From: an uncultured Acidobacteriaceae bacterium
GTDB taxonomy: Bacteria > Acidobacteriota > Terriglobia > Terriglobales > Acidobacteriaceae
DNA: 64,000 nt
Assembly: GCA_963791875.1 (NCBI GenBank)
Contig: CAWBUI010000005.1
Span: 2,340 to 66,339, forward strand
Direction of reading: 5' to 3'
Positions within the stretch are counted from its first letter, which is position 1, and each line of letters opens with the position of its first letter. Under the pieces are notes generated by a model that did no database searches, had not been told where the DNA came from, and saw nothing but the letters and a program-made list of their open reading frames with translations. The translations under genes and the position numbers were made by a program. Positions 29,563 through 40,018 of this stretch are shown here, piece by piece.

Positions 29563-30264
29563 TCACGCTTCGGACACGAATTTGTACCCTATGCCGTGCA
29601 TCGTGCGGAAGTGCATCGGCTGCGCAGGGTCGGCCTCAAGCTTCTGCCGCAATTTGAGGATCTGGTTATCAACAGTGCGTGTAGTGGGGTACGAGGTGTA
29701 ACCCCAGACCTCATTCAGCAACTCGTCGCGGGTGATCACACGCTCTGCGTGATCGACGAAGTACTTCAACAGCTTGATCTCATGCGCCGTCAGCACCACT
29801 GCCACGCCGGATTTAGAGAACACCATGGCGGAAAAATCCGCAGTGATCGCCCCGAACGACACGACAGCTGCCTTCTTGGCGCCTCCACTCACTCCCTGCG
29901 TGCGACGAATAGCAGCCTGTACCCGGGCCATCAGTTCACGCGGGCTGAACGGTTTCGTCACGTAGTCGTCCGCGCCCAGCTCAAGCAGCAGCACCTTATC
30001 CGCAACCTCGGAGATGGCACTCAGGATGATTACGGGAGTATTCGGGGACCAGCTCTTGATCGCCTTACACACCTCTCTGCCGGACATCCCGGGCAGCATC
30101 AAATCGAGCACGATTCCCGCCGGCCGCACCGACTTGCATGTCGCCAGACCCTCCGCACCGTTGCCCGCGATCTGAACGGTGTACCCCTCGCTCGCGAACT
30201 GCCGATGCAAGGCTTTCTGGATGCGCGGATCGTCTTCAATCACCAGGATCGTGTTGGTCGCCAT
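29563..30264 (-). CDS. OmpR/PhoB-family response regulator
   Basis: ILVIEDD, LDLMLPG, GADDYVTKPF, RTVDNQILKLRQKLE, GIGYKF. Confidence 0.96.
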   Translation of the reverse strand: MATNTILVIEDDPRIQKALHRQFASEGYTVQIAGNGAEGLATCKSVRPAGIVLDLMLPGMSGREVCKAIKSWSPNTPVIILSAISEVADKVLLLELGADDYVTKPFSPRELMARVQAAIRRTQGVSGGAKKAAVVSFGAITADFSAMVFSKSGVAVVLTAHEIKLLKYFVDHAERVITRDELLNEVWGYTSYPTTRTVDNQILKLRQKLEADPAQPMHFRTMHGIGYKFVSEA

Positions 30265-30369
30265 AATCCCACTCCAAGGCACTGCGCTTCGTTCTACGGT
30301 GTTGCTTCGTCCAGTCTGGCAGCACAACGCGTCCGACGGAACATACACCCCAAACACGGTACGAAGATA

Positions 30370-30400
30370 TGACACCCCGGAGACAAATCGGAGACAAATC
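30370..30400. promoter_or_regulatory. 11-bp direct repeats, putative OmpR/PhoB-type binding site
   Basis: CGGAGACAAAT x2 (30378-30399); GACA recurs at 30371, 30382 and 30393, ~110 nt upstream of the regulator. Confidence 0.6.
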
Positions 30401-30751
30401 TGACTTCGCCCACTTCCCACAGCCGCGGAGGACGACACCGAACCTATTCGGAACACGTCCTCAAATCCACCACAAACACTGCGACCGCGAACGGAGTGGG
30501 GACCGAAACAAGCTCCTGAGGGAAGGAATGGAATGTGATACGCGTCTGATGCAGCTCAAGGGTGTTCTCAAGCAACCCGCTCAAGTCAGCGGCGCGACCC
30601 CCCAGGAGATCTCGCGGCCCACACAGCCGCAGCCGTCCGTGCCACGTGGCTGCGGAAACAACCATCTGGAAAGCAGGATCAGCGAAGTGTGGAAGGCTGA
30701 TGCTCGCAGCAATTGTTTGCCCCCAGGCATCCACATGCGTTCAAAATATAC

Positions 30752-31072
30752 ATGCAGAACGGCCACGTGGAGAGTTTCGACGGCAGGCTGCGCGACGAGT
30801 GCCTGAATGCAAGCTGGTTCCGCACCCTCAACGATGTGCGCCACACCCTTGAGCAATGGCGCGAGGAGTACAACTGCGAGCGGCCACACAGTTCGCTCGC
30901 CTACAGAACACCACGAGAGTTCAGCATCGCATTGGCCTGCGGAGATGTGGAAAGCAAACAGCGCTTCCCACATCCCCACAGGCCCGACTACGACGACGGC
31001 TGTCGGATATACTCACAGCCAAAACAAACCGAGAAACTCCAGTTATCAGCGGATGAGAAACGGGGCAGGTCA
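30752..31072 (+). mobile_element. IS3-family remnant (3' end of OrfB + right inverted repeat)
   Basis: QNGHVESFDGRLRDECLN...YNCERPHSSLAYRTP; ends GGATGAGAAACGGGGCAGGTCA; no OrfA or left end seen. Confidence 0.88.
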
Positions 31073-31580
31073 CATCGGCAACACGCTACAGTACATCAAC
31101 CGTACAATGGTAGCAACCAACGGCGTACACGAACTCCTCATACCGCTCACTTCGATGGGCGGATACTCAGAAGACGGCGAGCTGCATGAAGAGCCGAACT
31201 CCGCCCCGTAAAACCAATCTGGCACTTTGTAGTCTTGCTGAAGGGGATTACAGGTGGGTACGACCTGGCCCGGCGCTCTGACGAGATGGGCTTCGACATG
31301 GCTCCCGAGACAAACCGTTGGGAGCGGCTGAGGGTAGGAAAGCCGCGGCAGCCTGAGGAAGCCGTCAAGCTGCCAGAGCCACGGCAGCCATCGCAAACGC
31401 AATACAAAGAAGAACAGCGTCAGCGGTTTCCGCGGACCGTTCAGCATTTGGTACTCCGTTTATTGTGACGTCTGTCTCGGAGTGCTTCCTCCTAGCGGTA
31501 GCTGCCGAAGCTATATCCGCCTGCTGGACTGTCTAACGGCGCCGGGCCCGTTGAAGATCGCCGCCGTAAAGCAAGGGCAT

Positions 31581-31610
31581 TTGACATTGCATGAGAATGA
31601 GACGTATCTT
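31581..31610 (+). promoter_or_regulatory. Putative sigma70 promoter for TonB receptor 1
   Basis: TTGACA-N18-TATCTT. Confidence 0.55.
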
Positions 31611-31698
31611 TGGTCCCGCATTCCACTAGATTCTCAGAGGTTAGCGTATAAACTGACGATCTCTACAGTGCGTTTGCAATGGATAATCGGAGGCCGTC

Positions 31699-34600
31699 AT
31701 GAAAGAGTGTCTATCGCGATTGGCAGTTATCGCAAAGCGTATTCGGTTACCGAAAGACAAGTTCATCATGGCCTTTCTGGCTCTAGCGCTGCTTGGCGCA
31801 AGCCCTGCGCTTAAGGCACAAACACTTTACGGCTCGATCGTGGGCAGTGTTCTGGATTCTTCAGGTGCGGTTATTCCCGGTGCTGTCGTCACCGTAACGC
31901 AGACCGAGACCAACGATACGCGCACGGCCCAAACCAACAGCAGTGGCGGATATACCTTCTCGACCATTCCCACGGGGACCTATAGGGTCTCGGTCGCTAA
32001 GAGCGGTTTCTCCACCTTCGACACGGCAAACGTCGATGTGCGAGTCAATACGACAGTTCGCGTCGATGCGTCGATGCTTCCAGGCGCCGAAACCCAGACC
32101 ATCACTGTAAACGCCGACCGGGCGGAGCTCCAATCCGATCGGGCTGACGTAAGCCATGAGGTCACCAATCAGAGCCTCGAAGAATTGCCTCAACCGACGC
32201 GCACTTACCAAGGGCTTATCGGCCTGATGCCCGGCGTCAGTCCGCCGTCGGCAAGTTCAGGTGGGACGAACAACCCTATGCGCTCAATGGTGATTCAGGC
32301 CAATGGCACTAGCGCCAGCGGCACGAACATTCGGGTCGATGGTGTCAGCGCTACGAACCCTTGGGTACAGTACTATTCCACGGCAGTCCCTTCTACCGAC
32401 GCCATCCAGACCGTCAATGTCGTTACTGGCAGTGCCGATGCGGACCAGGGCATGGTGAATGGCGCGGCCGTGAACGTCCAGATCAAAACGGGCACGAACA
32501 GCCTCCATGGCTCCCTCTATCTCTACCACATCGATAACTTGCTCAAGGCCCGTCCCTACTTTCTTCCAAGTACCTCGCGCCTGTCCAAGCTGATCGATAA
32601 CAATGCCGGTGGAACCATCGGTGGTCCGATTTTCAAGGACAAGCTGTTTTTCTTCGGTAGCTACGAGGGGGATTTCCTGCATCAAGGAAACATCAACATC
32701 GTCACTGTACCGACTGCCGCCATTCGTGCAGGCGATATGTCCGGGTCCAGCACACCAATCTACGATCCGAACACTGGCAATCCGGATGGAACAGGCAGGA
32801 CTGCGTTCATGGGCAACCAGATTCCTGGCGGTCGTATCAGCTTGATCTCGCAGAAGATCATTGCTCTCATTCCCCAGCCAAATCTTCCGGGCATCGCAAA
32901 CAACTACTACGTCAATACTCCGAGTTACTACAAACTACAGAAGATCGACACCAAGTTTCAATGGAACACCACGAAGAAGTTGAATATGTTCGTCCGTTTC
33001 AGCGACTATCCTTACAATGTCACGCAAGGCACCGTCTTCGGTCCCATTCTGAGTGGCGGAAACAACGCGTTTCAAAATGGCAACATCTATGCCGGTTCCG
33101 CATCGGCAACCTACATCTTTACGCCTCACCTTGTCGTCGACGCACTCTTCGGTCTCACCCACTCCAGCCAGAACCTTTCGCCTCCCAACACCAATCAGCG
33201 CTATGGCTCTGACGTGCTCGGCATCCCAGGGACTAATCTTGGTGCACTGCCATCGGCCGGTGGTATGCCGCAATTCAACGTCAGCAACTACAGCGGCTAT
33301 GGCTATGGGTATCCCGCTCTGGTCTACAACGACCCAGTGTTCCAGTACACGGGCAACGCCAACTGGACGCGCGGCAAACACAACATCCGCTTCGGCATCG
33401 ACGTCAGTCAGCAGCATATGAACCACATTGAGGTTTCGCCTACAGCCTTCGCTTTCACGGGCGGGGTCACCTCGCTGAATGGCGGTCCTTCGGCGAACCA
33501 ATACAACAGCTTTGCAGACTTCTTGCTGGGTCTTCCACAGAATGACGTGAACAGCGAGCTAACTGTACCGAATGTCACCCTGCGCACGTTTCAGTTCAGC
33601 CCCTATGTAAGCGACCAGTGGCAGCTAAGCTCCAAGCTAACGATCTCCTTTGGCACACGTTGGGATTACTATCCCGTTCCCACGCGCGCCGATCGTGGCA
33701 TCGAGTACTTCGACGTGCCTGCGAAGCAGTACAGGATATGCGGTAAAGGACCCAACCCAATTGACTGCGGAATTACCGTTCAAAAGACTTTGTTCTCTCC
33801 TCGCCTCGGTGTTGCGTATCGGCCTGCCCCGACGACGGTGGTGCGAGCTGGTTTTAGCTCAATACCCGAACAGATCAACATGTTTCGTGATGGTTTGTAC
33901 GATTACCCCAACACTCTTACAGGCAGCTATTCGGGCCCAAACTCCTACACCGCGGCTACGACGCTTGCCCAGGGCATTCCGACGCTTCAGCCGGTAGACA
34001 TATCGAGCGGCGTGTTGGCGCTTCCTGCGGGAGTTGCCTTTGTCACCACACCAAAGAACTTCATCCGTGGCTATGTAGAATCATTCAACGGCACCGTCGA
34101 GCAAGACTTCGGCAAGGGATGGCTTGGTCAGATCGGCTTCGTAGGCTCGCATACGGTTCATCAGCACACCCGGTACAACGCCAACTACGGTCAGGTAGGT
34201 GGCGGAGCAGCCAGCCAGCCCTTCAACAACGGATCTCTCGCGACAGGCATTACCGGCGCGGTCACCTTCGTGGAGCCATTTGAGAGCATGCACTACAACT
34301 CTCTTCAAGCCACACTCCAGCACCGGTTTTCTGCTGGGTACCAGATCGGCGTAGCCTACACCTGGTCAAAGTGGTTGGGTCTTTGCTGCGATAGCAATGC
34401 GGATGGGCAACCCGCAATCCCGATCCCGCAGTACTACTCGCTGAATCGAACACTCATGAGCGGCGACCGCCCTCAAAACGTACGCATCAGCGGCCTTGCC
34501 GATCTGCCTTTCGGCGCCAAGAAGATGTTTCTGAACCGCGGTATTGGGGCCGCAATCCTTGGCGGCTTTCAATTGAATACAATCCTTAGCTTTTACTCCG

Positions 34601-35019
34601 GCTCGCCTTTCTCTATCACGGCGGATGGCACCTCGTTGAACGCCCCGGGCAGCCAGCAACGCGCCGATCGACTAAAGCCACAGGTCATCATTTTTCATGG
34701 TGTCGGCACAAGCCCGTACTTCGACAAGACGGCGTTTGCTCCGGTCAACCAGGTCCGCTTTGGGACGGCAGCCTTCAACTCCGTCCGAGGGCCAGGCTTC
34801 GCTAACGCAGACTTTGGCCTCTTCCGCGATTTCCGTTTTCGGGAGCGCTTCAATCTGCAAGCCAGAGTCGAAGTGCTCAATGCGTCGAACACGCCGCATT
34901 TCTCAAACCCGAATGGAAATGTGTCTTCAGGTGGGTTTGGAACCGTTACCTCCACATCTCCGGGCAGTCGAACTACCGACGAGCGCTACATGCGCCTCGG
35001 TGTGAAGGCTTCCTTCTAA
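31699..35019 (+). CDS. TonB-dependent receptor (Oar-like, N-terminal carboxypeptidase-regulatory-like domain)
   Basis: GGAGG SD; signal peptide; GSIVGSVLDSSGAVIPGA; GGTIGGPIFKDKLFFFGSYEG; SPRLGVAY; C-terminal RYMRLGVKASF. Confidence 0.95.
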   Translation: MKECLSRLAVIAKRIRLPKDKFIMAFLALALLGASPALKAQTLYGSIVGSVLDSSGAVIPGAVVTVTQTETNDTRTAQTNSSGGYTFSTIPTGTYRVSVAKSGFSTFDTANVDVRVNTTVRVDASMLPGAETQTITVNADRAELQSDRADVSHEVTNQSLEELPQPTRTYQGLIGLMPGVSPPSASSGGTNNPMRSMVIQANGTSASGTNIRVDGVSATNPWVQYYSTAVPSTDAIQTVNVVTGSADADQGMVNGAAVNVQIKTGTNSLHGSLYLYHIDNLLKARPYFLPSTSRLSKLIDNNAGGTIGGPIFKDKLFFFGSYEGDFLHQGNINIVTVPTAAIRAGDMSGSSTPIYDPNTGNPDGTGRTAFMGNQIPGGRISLISQKIIALIPQPNLPGIANNYYVNTPSYYKLQKIDTKFQWNTTKKLNMFVRFSDYPYNVTQGTVFGPILSGGNNAFQNGNIYAGSASATYIFTPHLVVDALFGLTHSSQNLSPPNTNQRYGSDVLGIPGTNLGALPSAGGMPQFNVSNYSGYGYGYPALVYNDPVFQYTGNANWTRGKHNIRFGIDVSQQHMNHIEVSPTAFAFTGGVTSLNGGPSANQYNSFADFLLGLPQNDVNSELTVPNVTLRTFQFSPYVSDQWQLSSKLTISFGTRWDYYPVPTRADRGIEYFDVPAKQYRICGKGPNPIDCGITVQKTLFSPRLGVAYRPAPTTVVRAGFSSIPEQINMFRDGLYDYPNTLTGSYSGPNSYTAATTLAQGIPTLQPVDISSGVLALPAGVAFVTTPKNFIRGYVESFNGTVEQDFGKGWLGQIGFVGSHTVHQHTRYNANYGQVGGGAASQPFNNGSLATGITGAVTFVEPFESMHYNSLQATLQHRFSAGYQIGVAYTWSKWLGLCCDSNADGQPAIPIPQYYSLNRTLMSGDRPQNVRISGLADLPFGAKKMFLNRGIGAAILGGFQLNTILSFYSGSPFSITADGTSLNAPGSQQRADRLKPQVIIFHGVGTSPYFDKTAFAPVNQVRFGTAAFNSVRGPGFANADFGLFRDFRFRERFNLQARVEVLNASNTPHFSNPNGNVSSGGFGTVTSTSPGSRTTDERYMRLGVKASF

Positions 35020-35239
35020 AAAGGGCAGGGTAGTAAGGTTGGTTGTCCTCGCACGCTTAGTTTGGGGTTGCGGCTGGTAGTCCGAACTAGATCTCGTCGT
35101 GTAGGCCGCTAGTTCGTCACGAGCCGCACCGGTCTGCGAGACCACGGCTCTCCGCCGGCTTAGCTCTTGTCAGCGCCACCAGTGAGTCGCGCGAGACTCT
35201 CTGAGAGATCGGATTGAAGTGTGACGATCGCTCGATGCT

Positions 35240-36668
35240 CTATCGAGTTTTTCGTGCTAGTTGGGAGGCGGGGAGACGCACGATACGTGAGGCGTGAGAA
35301 TCAAGTACGACCGTGAGACCGCCGGGTTCGGTGGGGACTTCCGTGCCGGAGACTAAGTCCCGGAGACTTGGGGGTGCGAGGGCTGCGAAGTGAGACATCA
35401 GCTTGGTATCACGGAGGGCGTCGATCTCGGACCAGGAGACCTTGACCGTCGCGGAGCTGGGGCCGAGATTGAAGAGGGTGAGGACGGCGGAACCGTCGCG
35501 GTACGTCGTAAGCCACGGCTTGCTGAGCTTTGCCGCGAAGGTGCTGAATGTCGAGTGGGCGGGCGGGAACGCCGGCCTGGTTGATGGCGATTAGGTCGTG
35601 GTTGGAGATGAGGGTAAGGTCGGCGGGATCCATGTGGGTGAGGTCCGAACCGAGGTAGAGGGGGGCGCAGGAGATGGCCCAGAGCGTGAACATGGACTGC
35701 CGTTCCGCGGGGGTAATGCCGTCTTTCTCGCCGTTTCCGAGTTCAAGGGTGTCCAGGTCATTCCAACCACCGCCCGCGGCGCTACCGGTTCCGGCATAGG
35801 GAATCCAGCGGACAACATCGGCAAAACGCTCGACGACTTTCGACCACTGGGTGAGATTGCCTTTGGTTTCGTCGGTCGCTTTGTCGCAGCCGTAGCACTC
35901 AATGTCGTTCTCAATGCGCCAACCGTTGGAGGTGGCGCGCCAGAGCGGCGCCTGGTCGATGGAGAGGAAGTTGGAGAGTTCGAGCCAGATCGGGTGGGTG
36001 GCGTGGGAGATGGCCGCGTGCCATCGGCGGAGCTCTTCGCGGTTGTCGGAGGGAAGATTGCCACCCCCGGGGCCGACGAAGTCGAACTTGATAAAGTCGA
36101 TGCCCCAGGCGTCGAACTGTCTGACTTGAGATTGGATGTAGGCTGCGGCGGCGGGTTTCGTGAAGTCGATGCGATGGGCGCCGCGGCGGGTGCTGCCGGG
36201 TTGAGTGGTGTCCGTGATGTCGGCGATGCGCGCGGTGGTGCCAGCGATCGGGGGATTTTGCCTGTAGAGTTTGTCGGTGATTCCTGGATTGAGGTAGATG
36301 CCGAAGAGCAGGCCGTGGGCGTGCATGTACTTCGCCATGCCGTCCATGCCGCTCGGGAACCGTTCGAGGTTCGGCTTCGGGATGCCATGATCGTCGAAGC
36401 CGTCGGACCAGCCATCGTCGATGTTGATGTAGCGGTAGCCTGCATCCGGAAGGTGGTTCGCGATGAGTGCGTCCGCCTGGGCTTTGATGATGGCTTCGCT
36501 GGGTCGGTCGCGGAAGTGGCTCCAGGAGCTCCATCCCATGTAGGGGTGCTGGGCAAAGGTGGCCTGGGTTTGCTTCTGTGCGTGGGCGGGAGATGTCGCT
36601 GAGAGCAAGGGCAACCCAGCTAAAAGGAACAGGAGCGTTGAGCGTATTGCGGAATCACGGGTTAACAT
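35240..36668 (-). CDS. GH27 alpha-galactosidase-like, +1 frameshift at ~35516
   Basis: PYMGWSSW, INIDDGW, DFIKFDF, WRIENDI, WNDLDTL, APLYLG; after the indel the frame continues WLTTYRDGSAVLTLFNL...ASRIVRL to TAG at 35240. Confidence 0.9.
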
Positions 36669-36849
36669 GGCGTTCCTTGGGTGGGTCCCACCAGGCGAAG
36701 TTTCACTAATACCCTCTTGACGTGGAGCCCAGCGTACCACTCTGGGCAACCTGTTCGGCGAATTTGCTACAGAATCTGATTGCTAATCGTCGGCCACGTA
36801 GAGGACGTTTTGGCGGCTCTAGAAGCACTGTATCGAAGGCAGGTCTGTG

Positions 36850-39473
36850 CTAGCGACGAACTCTTGCGAGCGCCCCCGCTGCGTGCGGCGCAGATATCTG
36901 CAGCATTCCATTCTGCGTCGTAATGTCGATGGCTTGGCCCGGCCGCAATGTCAGCGGTTGAGTCTTGCCTTTGTAGCGAAGTCGAGTGGAGACACCGGCA
37001 TAACTGGTCAACTTCGCGCGCACCAGCGCCCCGCCCTTCCAGTCCTCGTCCACCGTGAAACCGCCACGCGCTCGCAGCCCGTGGATTGAGCCCTCTGGCC
37101 ATGCGGAGGGAAGTGCCGGAAGCAGATCGATGTAGTACCTGTCCTCGGCGTCGCCTGGGCGGTCGCGGTAGCGTTGATCGCTCTGCAGCAGCATCTCGTC
37201 GATCCCTGAGGTGCTGCCGAAGTTGCCGTCGATCTGGAATGGCGGGTGGGCGTCGAACATGTTCCCGTAGGTTCCGCCGCCTTCGCCGTGGTAGTCGGTC
37301 TCGTAGCCGTCGATGCCAGGCGAAATTGCTCATTCAGAATCTTCAGGGCGTGGTCGCCATCGTGGAGGCGCGCCCATAGGTTGATCTTCCACGCATTGCT
37401 CCAGCCGGTCGCCTCGTCTCCGCGCAGTTCGAGGGACTTCCGCACGGCGGCGGCCAAGGCAGGTGTCGTCACTGGCGTAATCTGCCAGCCAGGGAACGCT
37501 GCAAACAGATGCGAGACGTGGCGATGGTTCATCTCGGCGAGTTCAGGTCCCAGTCGTGGCCCCACTCTTCAAGTTGGCCCGCCTTACCAATTTCGAGCGG
37601 CCGGAACTGGACTTGGCCGTCTCCAGCTTCGCCCGAAAATCGCATCCACGCCAGCACCTTGCTCGCTGCGATCGTATTGGTGAACAGGTCCCAGATGATC
37701 TCCCGCTCGACGGCGGAGCCGTCGACGACGGGGCCAGCAACACCCTGATCGGTGCTGAAACGAGTTCTCCGGCGAGAGCGAAGGCGAGGTGATGAGCTTG
37801 CCATCTTCATCCTGTACAAGGATGCTCAGGTAGAACTCGGCCGAGCCCTTAAGCACCGGGTAATAGGTCTGTCAGATAATTGCTTGTCGCTCGTAAAGGC
37901 ATAGTGCTCCCACACATCCTGCATGATCCAGCCGCCGCCGCCAAAGAAGGGTCCATAGGGCAACCCAGCGCCCGGGCGTGGTCCATCCCCAGGCATTGGC
38001 GGTGTACGCAACGGCCCATCCCGGAGCGTCGAAGTAAGTTCGCGCGGTCTTAGTGCCCGGCTTCACAAGGCTGGCGTCGAGCCGGATCGCCGGCATGTGC
38101 AACTCGCTCAGGTTGGCGGTCTCGGAGGGCCAGTAGTTCATCTGGTAATTGATATTGGATTTGTAATCGCACTTCCACGGCAGATCGAGGCCATCGCCCC
38201 AGATGCCCTGGGAGTTCGAAGGCAGCGGATTATCCGGGCGACTGGAAGAGATCAGCAGATAGCGCCCCATCTGGTAGTAAAGAGCGGCCAGCGAAGGATC
38301 TGCCTTCCCGTCCGCATACCTCTGGAGCCGTAGATTGGTCTCCTCGTTTGCTCCCGGTGAAACAAGACCGAAGCTCACGCGGTCGAAGTAACGGCGATAG
38401 TCGGTGATGTGCACTGCTTTGACCTGCTCAAAGCCCTTCGCTGAAACCAGCCTCATCTCATCGGCTGCGATCGCATGGGGGTCCTGCCCCCGGTAGGACT
38501 TGTCCCAGTCGAGGACGTACGACGTTCCAGTCACCAGGAACACGGTAGCCTCGTCCGCACCCTCCACCACAAGCTCATCTCCGACTGTACGTACCGTCCC
38601 GCCTTTTGCCTTCGCCCGAACCTGTACCTCATAGCTGACGTTCCCGGGCCGTGGGTCGCGCGCGGGCTGTGCAGGAAAGCCTCGCCGGCCAGCGCCTTGC
38701 CCGGTCGCGGGAGCCGGCCTTGCAGGCCTCGCCGGCTGTGCGGGAAAGGTGCTGTCGCCCGTCATCACCAGCGTGTCCTGCCCCGCCGCCGCGGTAGTCG
38801 CGCTCGCAATGCGAGAGAGGTGCAATGTGAAACTGATCTTCCCGGGCTGGCTCGCCGTGAGGTGGCTGACGATCGCGTGGTCGGGTGCGCTCGACAACGT
38901 CTCGCGCTGGTACCTCACGCCGTCTGCCGTGAACTCGACCGCCGCGACTGCGGTCTGAAGATCGAGCGATCGCAGATAATTTGTGATATCCCCGGGGCCC
39001 AGTCTGTGCTCGAACTTGAGGTCGCCCAGCGTCTCGTATGACGGCCAGTATTCGCTGTCGCCCGTGCCGGTGCTGGTGAGGTTTGCGCGGACCAGACTCG
39101 TCGCTGCAGCGTAGTCGCCCTTGGCAAGCGCCTCGCGGATCGAGGGCAGAGCCTTATACGCGTCAGGCCGGTCCGCGTTGGGCATTGGGCCGCCCGACCA
39201 GATCGTGATGTCGTTCAGTTGAAGGGTGTCGCTCTCCGGAGAGCCGAACAGCATAGCGCCTAGCCGCCCGTTTCCGATCGCCAGCGCATCGGTCCATACC
39301 TTTGCGGGCGAACGGTACCAAAGCGACAAAGGACTGAGACTGACGGTAGCGCGCCCCTGCACCTGCCGTGCCACTGGAGCTTCCTGTGCTCGCAAATTGC
39401 CAAGGGGAAAGAGCAAAATGCAACTTGCAATACTCACTGTCCGCTTCACTGAAGACGCTCCGGGGTGCGACAT
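36850..39473 (-). CDS. GH95 alpha-L-fucosidase, several frameshifts in 37250-37980
   Basis: ALAIGNGRLGAM, QMGRYLLISSSR, NINYQMNYW, SPENSF, HRHVSHL, TGWS, HPPFQIDGNFG, EMLLQS, LRARGG across successive frames. Confidence 0.92.
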
Positions 39474-39558
39474 GTAAATCTGCGCCTTGGGCGCACGCCT
39501 CCGGCGCGGGGCGCAGAAAGAAAGCTGCATCAGAGGGCGGGACAATCATAACGCATAA

Positions 39559-39570
39559 GTAAACGTTTGC
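39559..39570. promoter_or_regulatory. LacI-type operator upstream of GH95
   Basis: GTAAACGTTTGC. Confidence 0.7.
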
Positions 39571-39943
39571 CTAAGTTCCCTAGTGCCCTGAGGTGCAACT
39601 ACCGCTCTCAGCTACTCAAGGTTCCGTCCAGCGCGCCGCGAAGTAGGCAGGCCGTCTGGCGCACGATCAACCACTTGGCGATCGCCTGAATCTCCTGCCG
39701 CATTCCGGGTCCCGTGCTCCAATGCGAGAGCAGCTCCGTCGCCATTGCGTGCGCCAGGTCTCGCCAAATGCACTCATTGAGAGTGGTTTGTGCGGGTTTT
39801 GGCACGGCCCGCATGGAAGACTCGTTGCCCCGGAATGTATAGAACAACGAACCCTGGTCAATGTGGTCTGCCATATACATGTTTGAAGCATGGGAGTTTT
39901 GAGGGGACACGCAATGGACACAAAATAGTCCCAGAAGAATTCC

Positions 39944-39997
39944 TTGACAGCGGCGACTCGGATCGAGTATTTGTCGTTCCCTCAGGTAAACGTTTCC
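39944..39997 (+). promoter_or_regulatory. -35 box and LacI-type operator upstream of GH27
   Basis: TTGACA at 39944; GTAAACGTTTCC at 39986-39997. Confidence 0.65.
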
Positions 39998-40018
39998 TTT
40001 ATCCGCGCTGGAGAACAG

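Noticed and set aside
30752-31072. Active IS3 element
   Set aside because: Only the last part of OrfB and the right end are present.
31073-31210. Weak resemblance (LLIPL...GYSEDGELHEEP) to a Tm-1-like/UPF0261 C-terminus
   Set aside because: Too short and degenerate to support without a search.
37250-37980. GH95 as a true pseudogene
   Set aside because: The indels are clustered while all conserved motifs are retained, so a low-quality consensus is more likely. This cannot be settled without reads.
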